The notes beneath the pieces are model-generated. The model saw nothing but the letters and a program-made list of their open reading frames with translations, had not been told where the DNA came from and did no database searches. 64,000 nt of DNA from Methanobacteriota archaeon (lineage in GTDB: Archaea; Thermoplasmatota; Thermoplasmata; SG8-5; DAIRED01), in contig JAZDNO010000019.1 of the NCBI GenBank assembly GCA_043799545.1, positions 1 through 64,000 on the forward strand, read 5' to 3'. A program made the translations under genes and the position numbers. The first letter of the stretch is position 1. Every line of letters starts with the position of its first letter. Positions 18,532-27,270 of the stretch are shown here, piece after piece.

Positions 18532-19464
18532 ATGGTAAAGAAGAGGGAGAAAACCGAGGAGGTAATCGCCTGCCCTGAGTGCTCAGCGACGCACCTTGTC
18601 AGGGACTACGCCAGGGGAGAACTGGTTTGCGAGGACTGCGGGCTCGTCCTGGACGAGCAGCTCATAGACATGGGCCCCGAGTGGAGGGCGTTCGACGCCG
18701 ACCAGGGCGAGAAGCGCGCGCGCACAGGCGCACCCATGACTTACACAATTCACGACAAGGGACTTTCGACGGAAATCGGCTGGAAGAACAAGGACTCTTA
18801 CGGCAAGAGCATCCCCACGCGCAACCGCGCCCAGCTGTACAGGCTGAGGAAGTGGCAGCGCAGGATTAGGGTCTCCAACGCCACGGAGCGCAACCTCGCG
18901 TTCGCGCTCAGCGAGCTGGACAGGATGGCCTCCGGGATGGGGCTGCCGCGCAACGTGCGCGAGACTGCCGCCATGATTTACCGAAAGGCCGTGAACAAGA
19001 ACCTCATACGCGGCAGGAGCATCGAGGGCGTAGTCGCCGCGAGCCTTTACGGCGCTTGCCGCCAGTGCAACGTTCCCCGCACTCTCGACGAGATAGCCAA
19101 CGCTAGCCACGTCGGGCGCAAGGAGATCGGGCGCACTTACCGCTTCATGACCCGCGAGCTGAAGCTCAAGCTCATGCCCACGAGGCCGGAGGACTACATC
19201 TCGCGCTTCTGCTCGGAGCTGAAGCTCAACGGGGAAGTGCAGACGAAGGCGCTGGAGATTCTCAAGGACGCCGCGGAGAAGGAGCTGACGTCCGGGCGCG
19301 GGCCGACTGGCGTCGCCGCCGCCTCGATATACATCGCGTCGATACTGTGCAACCAGCGCAGGACCCAGCGCGAGGTCGCGGACGTGGCGGGCGTAACTGA
19401 AGTTACAATCAGGAACCGCTACAAGGAGCTGACCGAGAGGCTGGGGATAGTGGTGCAGCTATAG
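18532..19464 (+). CDS. tfb: Transcription initiation factor IIB
   Basis: Zn ribbon [39 protein letters not shown]. Confidence 0.97.
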   Translation: MVKKREKTEEVIACPECSATHLVRDYARGELVCEDCGLVLDEQLIDMGPEWRAFDADQGEKRARTGAPMTYTIHDKGLSTEIGWKNKDSYGKSIPTRNRAQLYRLRKWQRRIRVSNATERNLAFALSELDRMASGMGLPRNVRETAAMIYRKAVNKNLIRGRSIEGVVAASLYGACRQCNVPRTLDEIANASHVGRKEIGRTYRFMTRELKLKLMPTRPEDYISRFCSELKLNGEVQTKALEILKDAAEKELTSGRGPTGVAAASIYIASILCNQRRTQREVADVAGVTEVTIRNRYKELTERLGIVVQL

Positions 19465-19523
19465 ACCAGTGCGAAAAGAAATACAAATCCCTTTCCAATT
19501 AATTTTCAGTTTTGTATATCATT

Positions 19524-20618
19524 CTACGGTCTTATCCTCTCCAGCCTCAGGTACTCTATCTCGTCCTTTCCGACTCGGCCCAGCAGTATCTCCTTGCGCA
19601 CCCCGTGCGCCAGCCTCACCGCCCTGCTTATCTCCGCCCACATGCTGCGGTAGTCCGCCGGGATGGCGTGCACCAGGTAGCGCGCGTGAGTGCTGTCCGG
19701 GTCGCCCTCGTACACGCGGAAGTGGGAGCCGTACTTGAAGCCGGTCTTGACCAGCATCCCCGAACCCTTGAGGTCTTTGTACACCCTCATCCGAAGGTCG
19801 AAGTCCGGCTGCGCCTCCGAAGCAGCGTCCCGGAACTTCTTCCACGGAAGCTTCTTCCCCGTCTGCGCGTCACGGAGCGTCAGCCACCCTGTCTCCGAGA
19901 GATATCCAGCCTCGAGCAGCGAGAGCTGGAGGCCGCTGCCCATCATCTTGCCGTAGTATCCGCTGGAGTACAGCGCGCTCGCGTCCCCCGGCTCCAAAAC
20001 AAGGACCCTGTCCTCCATGACCAGCCCGTCGGCGGGGCTTTCGGGTGCGGAGAATTTCAATCTGCCTTTAGGCACGATGTCCTTGACCCTATAGTACGTG
20101 AGGTCTCCCTCCTCATCGACCACGGCCAGAAGAAAAATCTTGTGGACCCGGTTGGTGCTGTCCATGAGCCCCATCAGCGCCTCGGCGTCGAAGATTCCGC
20201 GCTCCGATATCGCGGCAATCCAGTATTTGGAGTGCGCCTTCCCGGGAGCCCCACCACGGGGGAGAACGCGGAAATCCAGCGGCGGCGTACCTGGCTTAAT
20301 CACGTAGCCTCGCTGCCGGATGTCACGGTACACCAGATACTTGATTTCGAAGCCCGGCATGGAGCGGGTGGCCAGGCTGACGAGTTCGCTCATCGCAACC
20401 GCTTTCCCGTTCGATGAGATGGCAATCCGTCCGGACTCGGCCAGATACGTGGCGTCCATCAGGTCCAGCTCGAGCCCGCCGCCTGACAGGGGCTTGCCGT
20501 AGTATCCCTTGACGTGAATCTGGCTCCCCTCGGCCTCGTCTGGGATTACGACCTTCTGGCCCGAAAGGACGGCCCTCGCGGGCTGCCTGCTTCCCCCCTC
20601 GCCCGCCCCCATGTTCAC
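19524..20618 (-). CDS. endA: tRNA splicing endonuclease (two-unit alpha2 type)
   Basis: Two homologous halves; C-half KTGFKYGSHFRVY...H...AHGVRK carries the catalytic Tyr/His/Lys. Confidence 0.92.
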   Translation of the reverse strand: MNMGAGEGGSRQPARAVLSGQKVVIPDEAEGSQIHVKGYYGKPLSGGGLELDLMDATYLAESGRIAISSNGKAVAMSELVSLATRSMPGFEIKYLVYRDIRQRGYVIKPGTPPLDFRVLPRGGAPGKAHSKYWIAAISERGIFDAEALMGLMDSTNRVHKIFLLAVVDEEGDLTYYRVKDIVPKGRLKFSAPESPADGLVMEDRVLVLEPGDASALYSSGYYGKMMGSGLQLSLLEAGYLSETGWLTLRDAQTGKKLPWKKFRDAASEAQPDFDLRMRVYKDLKGSGMLVKTGFKYGSHFRVYEGDPDSTHARYLVHAIPADYRSMWAEISRAVRLAHGVRKEILLGRVGKDEIEYLRLERIRP

Positions 20619-20881
20619 AGCCCCTGGGCGGAGAAATAGTCAGGCGCCCGCTTCCTGAGCTCCTTCATCATCATGTTCCTGGCAATCTCCGCGCCCGAGG
20701 GGCCGAGGAACATCTTCAGAGCCTCCGCCACCCTCCGCGTGAGCATCTCCGCCTGATGAGGGCTGAGCATCTCCCTCGTGAGCCCCATCTGTTCGAGCTG
20801 GCGCTCGATGACCGGCTTCGCCATCGGAGAAACAGTGGCGAGCTTCTCCTCCAAGGCCGAGATAAACGCCTCGCTGTCCAT
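20615..20881 (-). CDS. 88-aa helical hypothetical protein
   Basis: Protein-like amphipathic helices; stop overlaps the endA start. Confidence 0.7.
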   Translation of the reverse strand: MDSEAFISALEEKLATVSPMAKPVIERQLEQMGLTREMLSPHQAEMLTRRVAEALKMFLGPSGAEIARNMMMKELRKRAPDYFSAQGL

Positions 20882-20975
20882 CGAAACGCAATGGGCAACT
20901 GTTATCTAAATACTGCGGTCGACGGAATCAGCATATGAATGGGCACCCCCATGTCCGAAGCGGATAGATTTCCGC

Positions 20976-21121
20976 CGCAGAATTATACGGATAGATGCGA
21001 ATGGGACATTGAGATAAATTCTGCAAGAGGCCAGTCGAGAACACATGGCAACGAAGTTAAAGCTGGACATCGCAGAATTTTCCGAATGGGTGCGACTAGA
21101 TGTAGAGATAAATTCTGCAAG
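20976..21121. repeat. Two tandem palindromic units CGCAGAATT-N-GAGATAAATTCTGCAAG (REP-like)
   Basis: Units 20976-21027 and 21071-21121; 17-mer GAGATAAATTCTGCAAG identical at 21011 and 21105. Confidence 0.8.
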
Positions 21122-21144
21122 TGGACAACCCAGATAATATGCGT

Positions 21145-22275
21145 CTATGAGGGTTGTCCACCCTTGGCGAGCTTCATGCACGCGTACAGCAGCGCCGTCA
21201 TGTACTTGCCCGCACTGCGCAGCGCGGCCACGTCGCCCGTCCAGTTCGCGAGGGCGGGACCGTCCTCCTTCTCGAGGAGGTTGACGACCTTGCCGACGAT
21301 GCGCTCGGTCCAGGGGTTCAGGTCGCCGCTCATGACGAGCACGACGATGACGTTCTTGCCGCTCTGGACCAGAATCTTCTTGCCGTTGAGCGTGACGACG
21401 TTGAGCCTGCCGGCGACGTACTTGGGGGAGCGGACGTAGTTACGCGACGTGCGCAGATCTGCGAATATCTCGGTCTGCTCGTCCCTCGAGGCCACGCGGG
21501 TGGTGTGGTGCGATATGAACTTTCCGTCCTTGTAAAGCAGGAAAATATCGCTGACGACCATCGGAACCAGGGGCTTGTCAGGCTTCGCGACCTCGACCTT
21601 TTTGGTCACGATGGGCTCGCGCGTCTTCGTCTCCGCCTGGACTCCCTCGAGGAAGTACGCCTCCTTGTACTCGCGCCTGATGTCCGCGAGTTCCATCTCG
21701 GAGCTGTCCACGAGGTCAGGGTTCTCCGCGAGCTTCTGCTTGAGGCTTTCCACACGCGCCTTGGTCGAAGGGAGGATGAGTCCGTCCAGGTCGTAAACCA
21801 TGTCACGGACCTTGCTCTTCTTCTTGAGGGCTGCGAACTTCGATTGGATTTCCTCCAGCAGGAACGGGTTCTTGAGGTTGACGTCCCTGTTGATTTCTTC
21901 AGCCTCGGCATCCAGCCCTGAGATGTTCATGTCCAGCAGCTTGGATTTGAGCTTTGCCAGCTCCTCCATGTCGCTCTCGTACTTCTCGAACGCTTTGGCG
22001 GTGTCAGGATCCTTCAGGCTCAGCATTTCCTGAAGCTTGTCGACGGCGTAGCCTTCGCCCTCCCATTGGAGTAGCTTGGACTGGAACTTCTCCTCTTCCA
22101 GCTCGAGCTTGGTCTCGGAAACGACCTTCGAGACTGCGGAACCCAACTTGCCAGTTGACTCTTCGGTGGCGGCCGGGCTTTGTTCCGGGACCGGAGGGGC
22201 CTCGGGCTGTTTTGCGTTGTCAATCGTGGCCTGCGGGGCCTCCTGGCTTTTCTTCTTTGTGCGTCGACGAGCCAT
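21145..22275 (-). CDS. Hypothetical protein: acidic/coiled N-terminus plus C-terminal longin/roadblock-like domain
   Basis: C-terminal VSDIFLLYKDGKFISH...ILVQSG...WTGDV pattern resembling the insert in the STAND ATPase. Confidence 0.65.
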   Translation of the reverse strand: MARRRTKKKSQEAPQATIDNAKQPEAPPVPEQSPAATEESTGKLGSAVSKVVSETKLELEEEKFQSKLLQWEGEGYAVDKLQEMLSLKDPDTAKAFEKYESDMEELAKLKSKLLDMNISGLDAEAEEINRDVNLKNPFLLEEIQSKFAALKKKSKVRDMVYDLDGLILPSTKARVESLKQKLAENPDLVDSSEMELADIRREYKEAYFLEGVQAETKTREPIVTKKVEVAKPDKPLVPMVVSDIFLLYKDGKFISHHTTRVASRDEQTEIFADLRTSRNYVRSPKYVAGRLNVVTLNGKKILVQSGKNVIVVLVMSGDLNPWTERIVGKVVNLLEKEDGPALANWTGDVAALRSAGKYMTALLYACMKLAKGGQPS

Positions 22276-22292
22276 CTTTACCACCGGATAAT

Positions 22293-23042
22293 TTACGTGC
22301 TGGTGACGATTTCGAATCTGCCGCTCTCGAATATCAGAGGGAAGAACGAACGGTCGTGCTTGGTCTTCCTCATCTTGACGACTCCGACGTACAGGTTCGC
22401 GCCCGTCTCGTGGAGTTCGACCTTGAGCTGGATGATGCCGTCCGAGAGGAAATCCTCGATTCCGTACAAGCCGTACACCTGGCGGTCCGTCGGCATCTCC
22501 GAGATGAGGAACGTAGTCACGCCAAGGTCGCGCACCTGCTCGAAGAAGTAGAACAGCTCCGCGCGCGGGTTCTTAAACGTGGTGAGGGCGTATAGCGCGG
22601 CGAGCGAATCCAGGACGAGGACCTCGCAGCCGAACTTGTCCTTGTAGTTCTTCAGGACGCCGAGAATCGACTTAAGCCAGTCAACGTTCTGGGGCTTGGT
22701 CTTGTCGTAGGCGATTTCCTTGCGGACCCTCCCGAGGTCTACCACGATGAGGTTGTCCATTCCCCTGGGGTCCATGCCGAGCTTGCCCATGTGCTCGACG
22801 ATGCTCTGCTTCGACTGTTCGAGCGTGAGGTATATCCCCTTCATGTTCCTTTCCTTGTGCCCGTTGTACAGCAGGCTGAAGGTGAAGGACGATTTCATTG
22901 TCCCAGCGTGGCCGCAGACGAGGACGATGTAGTTGGCAGGAATGCCGCCTTCCATCTTGTCGTCTAGACCTATCACGTGGGTCTTGATTCTCTCCGCCTT
23001 TGGCGCTGTTGCAGGTGCCTGCGCGGCCGGTGCATCTGTCAT
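22293..23042 (-). CDS. KaiC/RAD55-like RecA-superfamily ATPase
   Basis: GHAGTMKS Walker A, YLTLEQ, LVLDSL Walker B, VVKMRKTKH. Confidence 0.9.
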   Translation of the reverse strand: MTDAPAAQAPATAPKAERIKTHVIGLDDKMEGGIPANYIVLVCGHAGTMKSSFTFSLLYNGHKERNMKGIYLTLEQSKQSIVEHMGKLGMDPRGMDNLIVVDLGRVRKEIAYDKTKPQNVDWLKSILGVLKNYKDKFGCEVLVLDSLAALYALTTFKNPRAELFYFFEQVRDLGVTTFLISEMPTDRQVYGLYGIEDFLSDGIIQLKVELHETGANLYVGVVKMRKTKHDRSFFPLIFESGRFEIVTST

Positions 23043-23116
23043 TTCATTTCCCCCGTTCTAATATTAATAGTATGAATGGGAATACTAAACCGATATATTA
23101 CGTTTTGGTTGGCCAT

Positions 23117-24607
23117 TTACTTCCCCTCCCTCCGTGTCAGGGCCTGATCCCTTTCGAAAAGCTCGCTCTCCTTCTCTATGAGCTTTAGCTCGACCTTGTC
23201 GATGTCGCGCTTCCTGTCTACGGTCTGGGCCTCCATGGCCTTGAGCTCCTCTATCTTCCGGCTCATAAGCGCGCGCTTGTCTTCAAGCTCCGCTTCCTTC
23301 CCGCGGAGGGCGAGGTCCTTGTTCGTGAGCTCGTTCTGCCTTACAACGAGCTCGTTCTCCTTCGCCTCGAGGCGCTTTTTCCAGCCCTCAAGCTTCTCCT
23401 CGCGGGCCGCCAGCCCGTCTTCCTGCGCCTTCATGCGCGAGGCCTTCTCGTCCAGCCCTTCGTCCCTTGCGGTGAGCTGCTGGTCCTTCTCCTTCAGCGA
23501 GGCCGAGGTCCTTTCCAGTTCGGCTGCCCGCTCCTCCACCTTTGCCCTTATGTCGGCGAGCTCCCCCCGCTCCCTCTCCAGCGACTCGCGCCGCTCGGCA
23601 AGCTGGGCCTCCTTCTTGCCTATGTCGACCCTCGTCGATTCCAAGCTCTGCGTCTGCGCGTCCAGCTGCTCCGTCCGTCTGGCCAGCCTCTCCTTCAAAC
23701 CGTCCAGTTCGGCGCTCCTGGCATCCAGTTCGCCCTGCCGGAGGTTCAGCCGGTTCTCGAGGGCCATTGTGTCCTCCTGGCGGGCGTCGAGCCTCTCGCT
23801 CTTCTGGTCCAGCTGCGCGGTCAGGGCCTCCATGTCCGCAGTCCGTGCATCGAGTTCCTTCCGCTTCGCGTCAAGCGCGAGCCGCTCAGACTCCAGCGCT
23901 TCGGCCTGCTGTTTGGCGGCCTCTTCGAGGTTGTGGAGGTTCGACAGCCTCTCGTCGGATTCGGTGCGCGCCCTCCTGAACTCTTCCCTCTCCCGAGCCA
24001 TCTCGGCCTCTTTTGCGTCGAGCTCCTGCGTCCTTTTCTCCATCTCGGCCCGGAGCCCGTCCACCTGCGCCCGCTCGGTCTCCACTTCCAGCGCCTTCTC
24101 CTTCAGAGCCTGCTTCACCTCGTTCAAGCGCTGCGCGAATTGCGCCTGCTCCTGCTCCTTCCTCTCCAACGAGGCTTTGGTCTCGAACAGCCCGATCTTC
24201 GTGGTGGGCGCGACGTCTTCTTCAACGTCGTCGTCCTTTTTCTTCCTTCCGAAGCCGAAGACTTTTTTTGGGGCCTCTTCCTGCGCCATCTCCTCGCTGG
24301 GCGTATCGGTCGGCGCCTCCTCGGTCGTTTCTCGAGCGGCGGGTTCGGCCTCAACCGCGATGGCCTCCTCTTGAACCGGGGGGGCCTCATCAAGCGACTG
24401 TTCCGCGACCTCACTGTTTGAAACCTCTGGCGATTCGGCCTCCGCAGGGGCTTCCGCAGTCTCGGGAATTACCGGTTCAGGCGTTTCTTCGGGGGCCGGC
24501 TGCTTCTTGCGCCTGAAAAACGAGAACCTTCCGCCTTTGCGCGCACCCCCGTCGCCTGAAGAATCTGAATCAGTCAAATTGGCCCCTCTCGCTGTCAATC
24601 GGACCAT
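23117..24607 (-). CDS. Coiled-coil protein with acidic disordered N-terminus
   Basis: ~350 aa of heptad-rich E/K/R/L/A sequence; FSFFRRKK and FGFGRKKK motifs in the N-terminal part. Confidence 0.75.
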   Translation of the reverse strand: MVRLTARGANLTDSDSSGDGGARKGGRFSFFRRKKQPAPEETPEPVIPETAEAPAEAESPEVSNSEVAEQSLDEAPPVQEEAIAVEAEPAARETTEEAPTDTPSEEMAQEEAPKKVFGFGRKKKDDDVEEDVAPTTKIGLFETKASLERKEQEQAQFAQRLNEVKQALKEKALEVETERAQVDGLRAEMEKRTQELDAKEAEMAREREEFRRARTESDERLSNLHNLEEAAKQQAEALESERLALDAKRKELDARTADMEALTAQLDQKSERLDARQEDTMALENRLNLRQGELDARSAELDGLKERLARRTEQLDAQTQSLESTRVDIGKKEAQLAERRESLERERGELADIRAKVEERAAELERTSASLKEKDQQLTARDEGLDEKASRMKAQEDGLAAREEKLEGWKKRLEAKENELVVRQNELTNKDLALRGKEAELEDKRALMSRKIEELKAMEAQTVDRKRDIDKVELKLIEKESELFERDQALTRREGK

Positions 24608-24651
24608 GAGCGCGACATCACAAATACTTTTTGGTCTTTTGGTGGAAAAGG

Positions 24652-24659
24652 TATATGAA
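24652..24659 (+). promoter_or_regulatory. TATA box with BRE-like purine run
   Basis: GGAAAAGG TATATGAA matches the promoter pattern seen upstream of other genes in the window. Confidence 0.55.
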
Positions 24660-24676
24660 CGGCTCCAGCATTAGGC

Positions 24677-24773
24677 GATATGCAACCAACCGTATCGGTG
24701 ACGAGTTGCCCGTAGTGCCGTGACGACTTGCTGCGGCATGGTCTCGGCACATACGGGGAGCTGTTGCAATATC
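24677..24773 (+). ncRNA. Candidate structured RNA or long pre-tRNA leader
   Basis: Terminal helix 24677-24686/24763-24773 and inner helix 24709-24720/24745-24757, ~20 nt downstream of the TATA box. Confidence 0.4.
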
Positions 24774-24789
24774 AAACGCTTTGAATCAC

Positions 24790-24862
24790 AGCCCCGTAGT
24801 GTAGTGGCCAATCATCCCGGCCTTTGGAGCCGGGGACGGCAGTTCGAATCTGCCCGGGGCTA
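24790..24862 (+). tRNA. trnQ: tRNA-Gln (anticodon TTG), intronless, no encoded CCA
   Basis: Acceptor AGCCCCG/CGGGGCT, anticodon arm CCGGC-CTTTGGA-GCCGG, T-arm GGCAG-TTCGAAT-CTGCC. Confidence 0.96.
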
Positions 24863-25013
24863 TATTATTTTTAATGAAGGGCAGATTCGAACGAGGACTA
24901 CTGGACAAATGGAACCGAGTAGTCCGAAGTTTGGGCAAGAACTACATTTTGGAAGCCTTGCCCAAATTAGATGCTGAGGGCTATATTTTACTTAATAGAG
25001 GGAGGATTCGAAC
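24857..25013. repeat. tRNA-3'-linked element: 36-bp imperfect direct repeats enclosing two hairpins
   Basis: 24857-24892 vs 24978-25013 match at 29/36 without gaps; hairpins 24895-24925 (8 bp) and 24930-24966 (10 bp). Confidence 0.8.
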
Positions 25014-25014
25014 T

Positions 25015-25575
25015 TTACGCATCCACCATCTCAACCTTTCCGTCCCTCTCCACGACCCTCTTGGAGAAGCCCCTCCTGACGATGCTCTCGTAGTCGTGCC
25101 CCGCCTGAGGGGAGTAGACCGCGAGGAAGACCAGCTCGCCCTGGCCCGTGTTGACACTCCTGTGCGCCAGGCCCGGGGGGATGTAGACGACCGCGCCTTC
25201 GGCGATGTCCACCTCCGTGACGGAGCCGAGCCTGTCCTGCATCAAGATGACGCCGGACCCGGCCAGCCCGTAGTACAGCTCCCCCGCGTCGGCGCTCTTG
25301 TGAAAGTGCCCGCGGGTCATGTGGTACTCGTCCCCGACTTTGCCAGGCATGATGATTGTCACGGCGTATGTCAGGTCGGACGGCTCCTGCTCCGCGGGCG
25401 AGATTACCTTGTATATCTCTTTCTCCGGGGTGCCCTCCTTGCTGTCTTTGCCCTCCTGCAGCGCGAAGCAATCCGCGAGGTCCTTCAGGCGCCTGACGTC
25501 GACCTTTGCGGGTCCGTCGAGCCCCCAAGGCTCCCTCGTGACTTTGTGAGCGAAAGCGCCTATCCTCAGGTTCAT
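25015..25575 (-). CDS. pgiA: Cupin-type glucose-6-phosphate isomerase
   Basis: TIIMPGKVGDEYHMTRGHFH, ELYY, HRSVNTG motifs. Confidence 0.9.
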   Translation of the reverse strand: MNLRIGAFAHKVTREPWGLDGPAKVDVRRLKDLADCFALQEGKDSKEGTPEKEIYKVISPAEQEPSDLTYAVTIIMPGKVGDEYHMTRGHFHKSADAGELYYGLAGSGVILMQDRLGSVTEVDIAEGAVVYIPPGLAHRSVNTGQGELVFLAVYSPQAGHDYESIVRRGFSKRVVERDGKVEMVDA

Positions 25576-25624
25576 CGTTTCGGGTTAACGTTCCCGGTAA
25601 TTTAAGGTTACGCATGGGATGGCT

Positions 25625-25723
25625 TTGCCCTTAAATTCAAAAACGTTGCGTGTCAGAATCGAAAAACTGGCTTTTTCGTTCATAGCATTCAATCCTGGGG
25701 AGTCTGAGACAATTTAAGGGCAA
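25625..25723. repeat. Perfect 13-bp inverted repeat TTGCCCTTAAATT / AATTTAAGGGCAA
   Basis: Arms at 25625-25637 and 25711-25723; flanked by direct repeat CGCATGGGAT(A)GGCTT at 25611 and 25727. Confidence 0.75.
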
Positions 25724-25769
25724 CGCCGCATGGGATAGGCTTATATCCGCCAGCTCATTTCGTCATCCG

Positions 25770-26267
25770 ATGGCACGAAAAATCCACGTCGCGGGATACG
25801 CAGCCAGCATCGCCGACCCCGAGTCGTTCGTGGGGCTTCTAAAAACCGAGTCCTCAAGGGTTGGGGCGGTCGTCGAGGCGTACGACGCCGGTGCGATCCT
25901 CGGAACGGAGCACCTGGTCGTGGCCTGGGAGCGCGCCCGAAGGGCGTTCGAAGATAACCGGGCGGCGTCCGATTCGGAGGCCATGGAGGCGCGTGTCTAC
26001 GCGTCTTGCGAGAGGCAAATCAAGACCGCGATTGCAAAGACCGGCGTGAAGCCGGGGAAGGGTGGCGTTGCATTGGTTTCCGAGGATGCCAGCGCCATGG
26101 AAAAAGTCGCCAATGCGCTCGGTCTCAAGCGAGACGATTCGGTGCTGGCTCCGACGCGGGAGAAGCTGGCGCTATGGGGCATGGCAGAATCCGGCAATGC
26201 CATCAGTCCCGAAGCCTTGAGCGATCTGATTTTCGAGCGCATGTCCCTTCTGGAGGTCGAGCGCTGA
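25770..26267 (+). CDS. cgi121: KEOPS subunit Cgi121-like
   Basis: EHL..A..RA..AF...R..SDS.AME..VYASCERQI..AI..TGV pattern. Confidence 0.8.
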   Translation: MARKIHVAGYAASIADPESFVGLLKTESSRVGAVVEAYDAGAILGTEHLVVAWERARRAFEDNRAASDSEAMEARVYASCERQIKTAIAKTGVKPGKGGVALVSEDASAMEKVANALGLKRDDSVLAPTREKLALWGMAESGNAISPEALSDLIFERMSLLEVER

Positions 26268-26686
26268 TGGCGTCCCGGGGAGAGGACATCTCTCTGAAAA
26301 CCAGCGGCGAGGGAGACGTCGTAGACATCACTGCCATGGTGGCTGGCGTCGTCAAGCGGAGCAAGGTGGCGGAAGGGATTGTTTGCGTCTCGGTCGTCGG
26401 TTCCACGGCCTCAATCACAACCATTGAGTTCGAGCCTGGGCTCGTCAAGGACGTGCGCGAGGCTGCCGAGAGGCTCTTCCCGAAGGGCTCGGTCTACGAG
26501 CACCACCTCCGATGGGGGGACGGCAACGGCCACTCGCACGTCCGCGCTTCGTTCTTCGGGCCGAGCGTCACACTGCCGATTCGCGGGGGGGAGCCAGTCT
26601 TGGGAACATGGCAGCAGCTCGTTTTTCTAGAATTCGATGTCAGGCCGAGGGAGAGGACGGTCGCGGTCCAGATTGTCGGCGACTAG
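26267..26686 (+). CDS. yjbQ: YjbQ/UPF0047 secondary thiamine-phosphate synthase family
   Basis: GSTASITTIE, YEHH..WGDGNGHSH, GTWQQLVFLEFD. Confidence 0.9.
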   Translation: MASRGEDISLKTSGEGDVVDITAMVAGVVKRSKVAEGIVCVSVVGSTASITTIEFEPGLVKDVREAAERLFPKGSVYEHHLRWGDGNGHSHVRASFFGPSVTLPIRGGEPVLGTWQQLVFLEFDVRPRERTVAVQIVGD

Positions 26687-27270
26687 ACACGCGAGAACCC
26701 GTGAATCGCCTTGGAAAATTTTGCGGCCAGCTTTGCATCCTCGTCGAGCGCGAGCAGGAGAACCAGCATCCTGGCGCGCACTATCTTCCCCTGGTCCGCC
26801 AGCGCCACGTCGTCCACGTCGCGGAAGAGCTTGAACGTTCTCTGGTCCAGCTCGTTGAAGGCGTCGGCCAGCCCGTCCACGGCCAGCTCGTCGTCCTCGG
26901 CATGATAACCGCCCTTCGCCACTATGCGCACGGCGGCGGCCACTTGTTCCCTCCGCTCCTTTTCCAGCATCTTCGTCGCGTCCGCGCTTTTCATCTCGTC
27001 GGGGGAGAGGATGAACACCTTTGCGGTCCGTCCGTATATCCGCTCCGGGATGTGATGGACCGTCCGCTCGCCTGTGACATGGATATAACCAGCTGACTTG
27101 AGCTTCTCCACGTGACGGTACACCGTGGACTCGTCCTTGCCTATGACCTCGGCTATCTGCGACACCGCAAGGTCGTTGAATCTCAGGAGGGCCAGTATCT
27201 TGCGCCTGGTGTCCTCTATCCCAACCTTGATTATCTTCGGGTCGGTCACGACAACGACGTCCTTGCTCAT
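26683..27270 (-). CDS. ArsR-family winged-helix regulator
   Basis: DTRRKILALL..LAVSQIAEVIGKDESTVYRHVEKLKSAG; divergent from the MATE gene. Confidence 0.85.
   Translation of the reverse strand: MSKDVVVVTDPKIIKVGIEDTRRKILALLRFNDLAVSQIAEVIGKDESTVYRHVEKLKSAGYIHVTGERTVHHIPERIYGRTAKVFILSPDEMKSADATKMLEKERREQVAAAVRIVAKGGYHAEDDELAVDGLADAFNELDQRTFKLFRDVDDVALADQGKIVRARMLVLLLALDEDAKLAAKFSKAIHGFSRV

Noticed and set aside
24677-24773. 5S rRNA or ZTP riboswitch
   Set aside because: The ends (TGCAAC...GCTGTTGCA, CGGGGAGC) are reminiscent, but the 5S loop-C CCGAAC/GTTAAG core and the ZTP downstream GCCTGGGC hairpin are absent, and it is too short for 5S.
24874-25605. 243-aa plus-strand ORF after the tRNA
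   Set aside because: Antisense to pgi and runs through hairpin repeats; no recognisable motifs.
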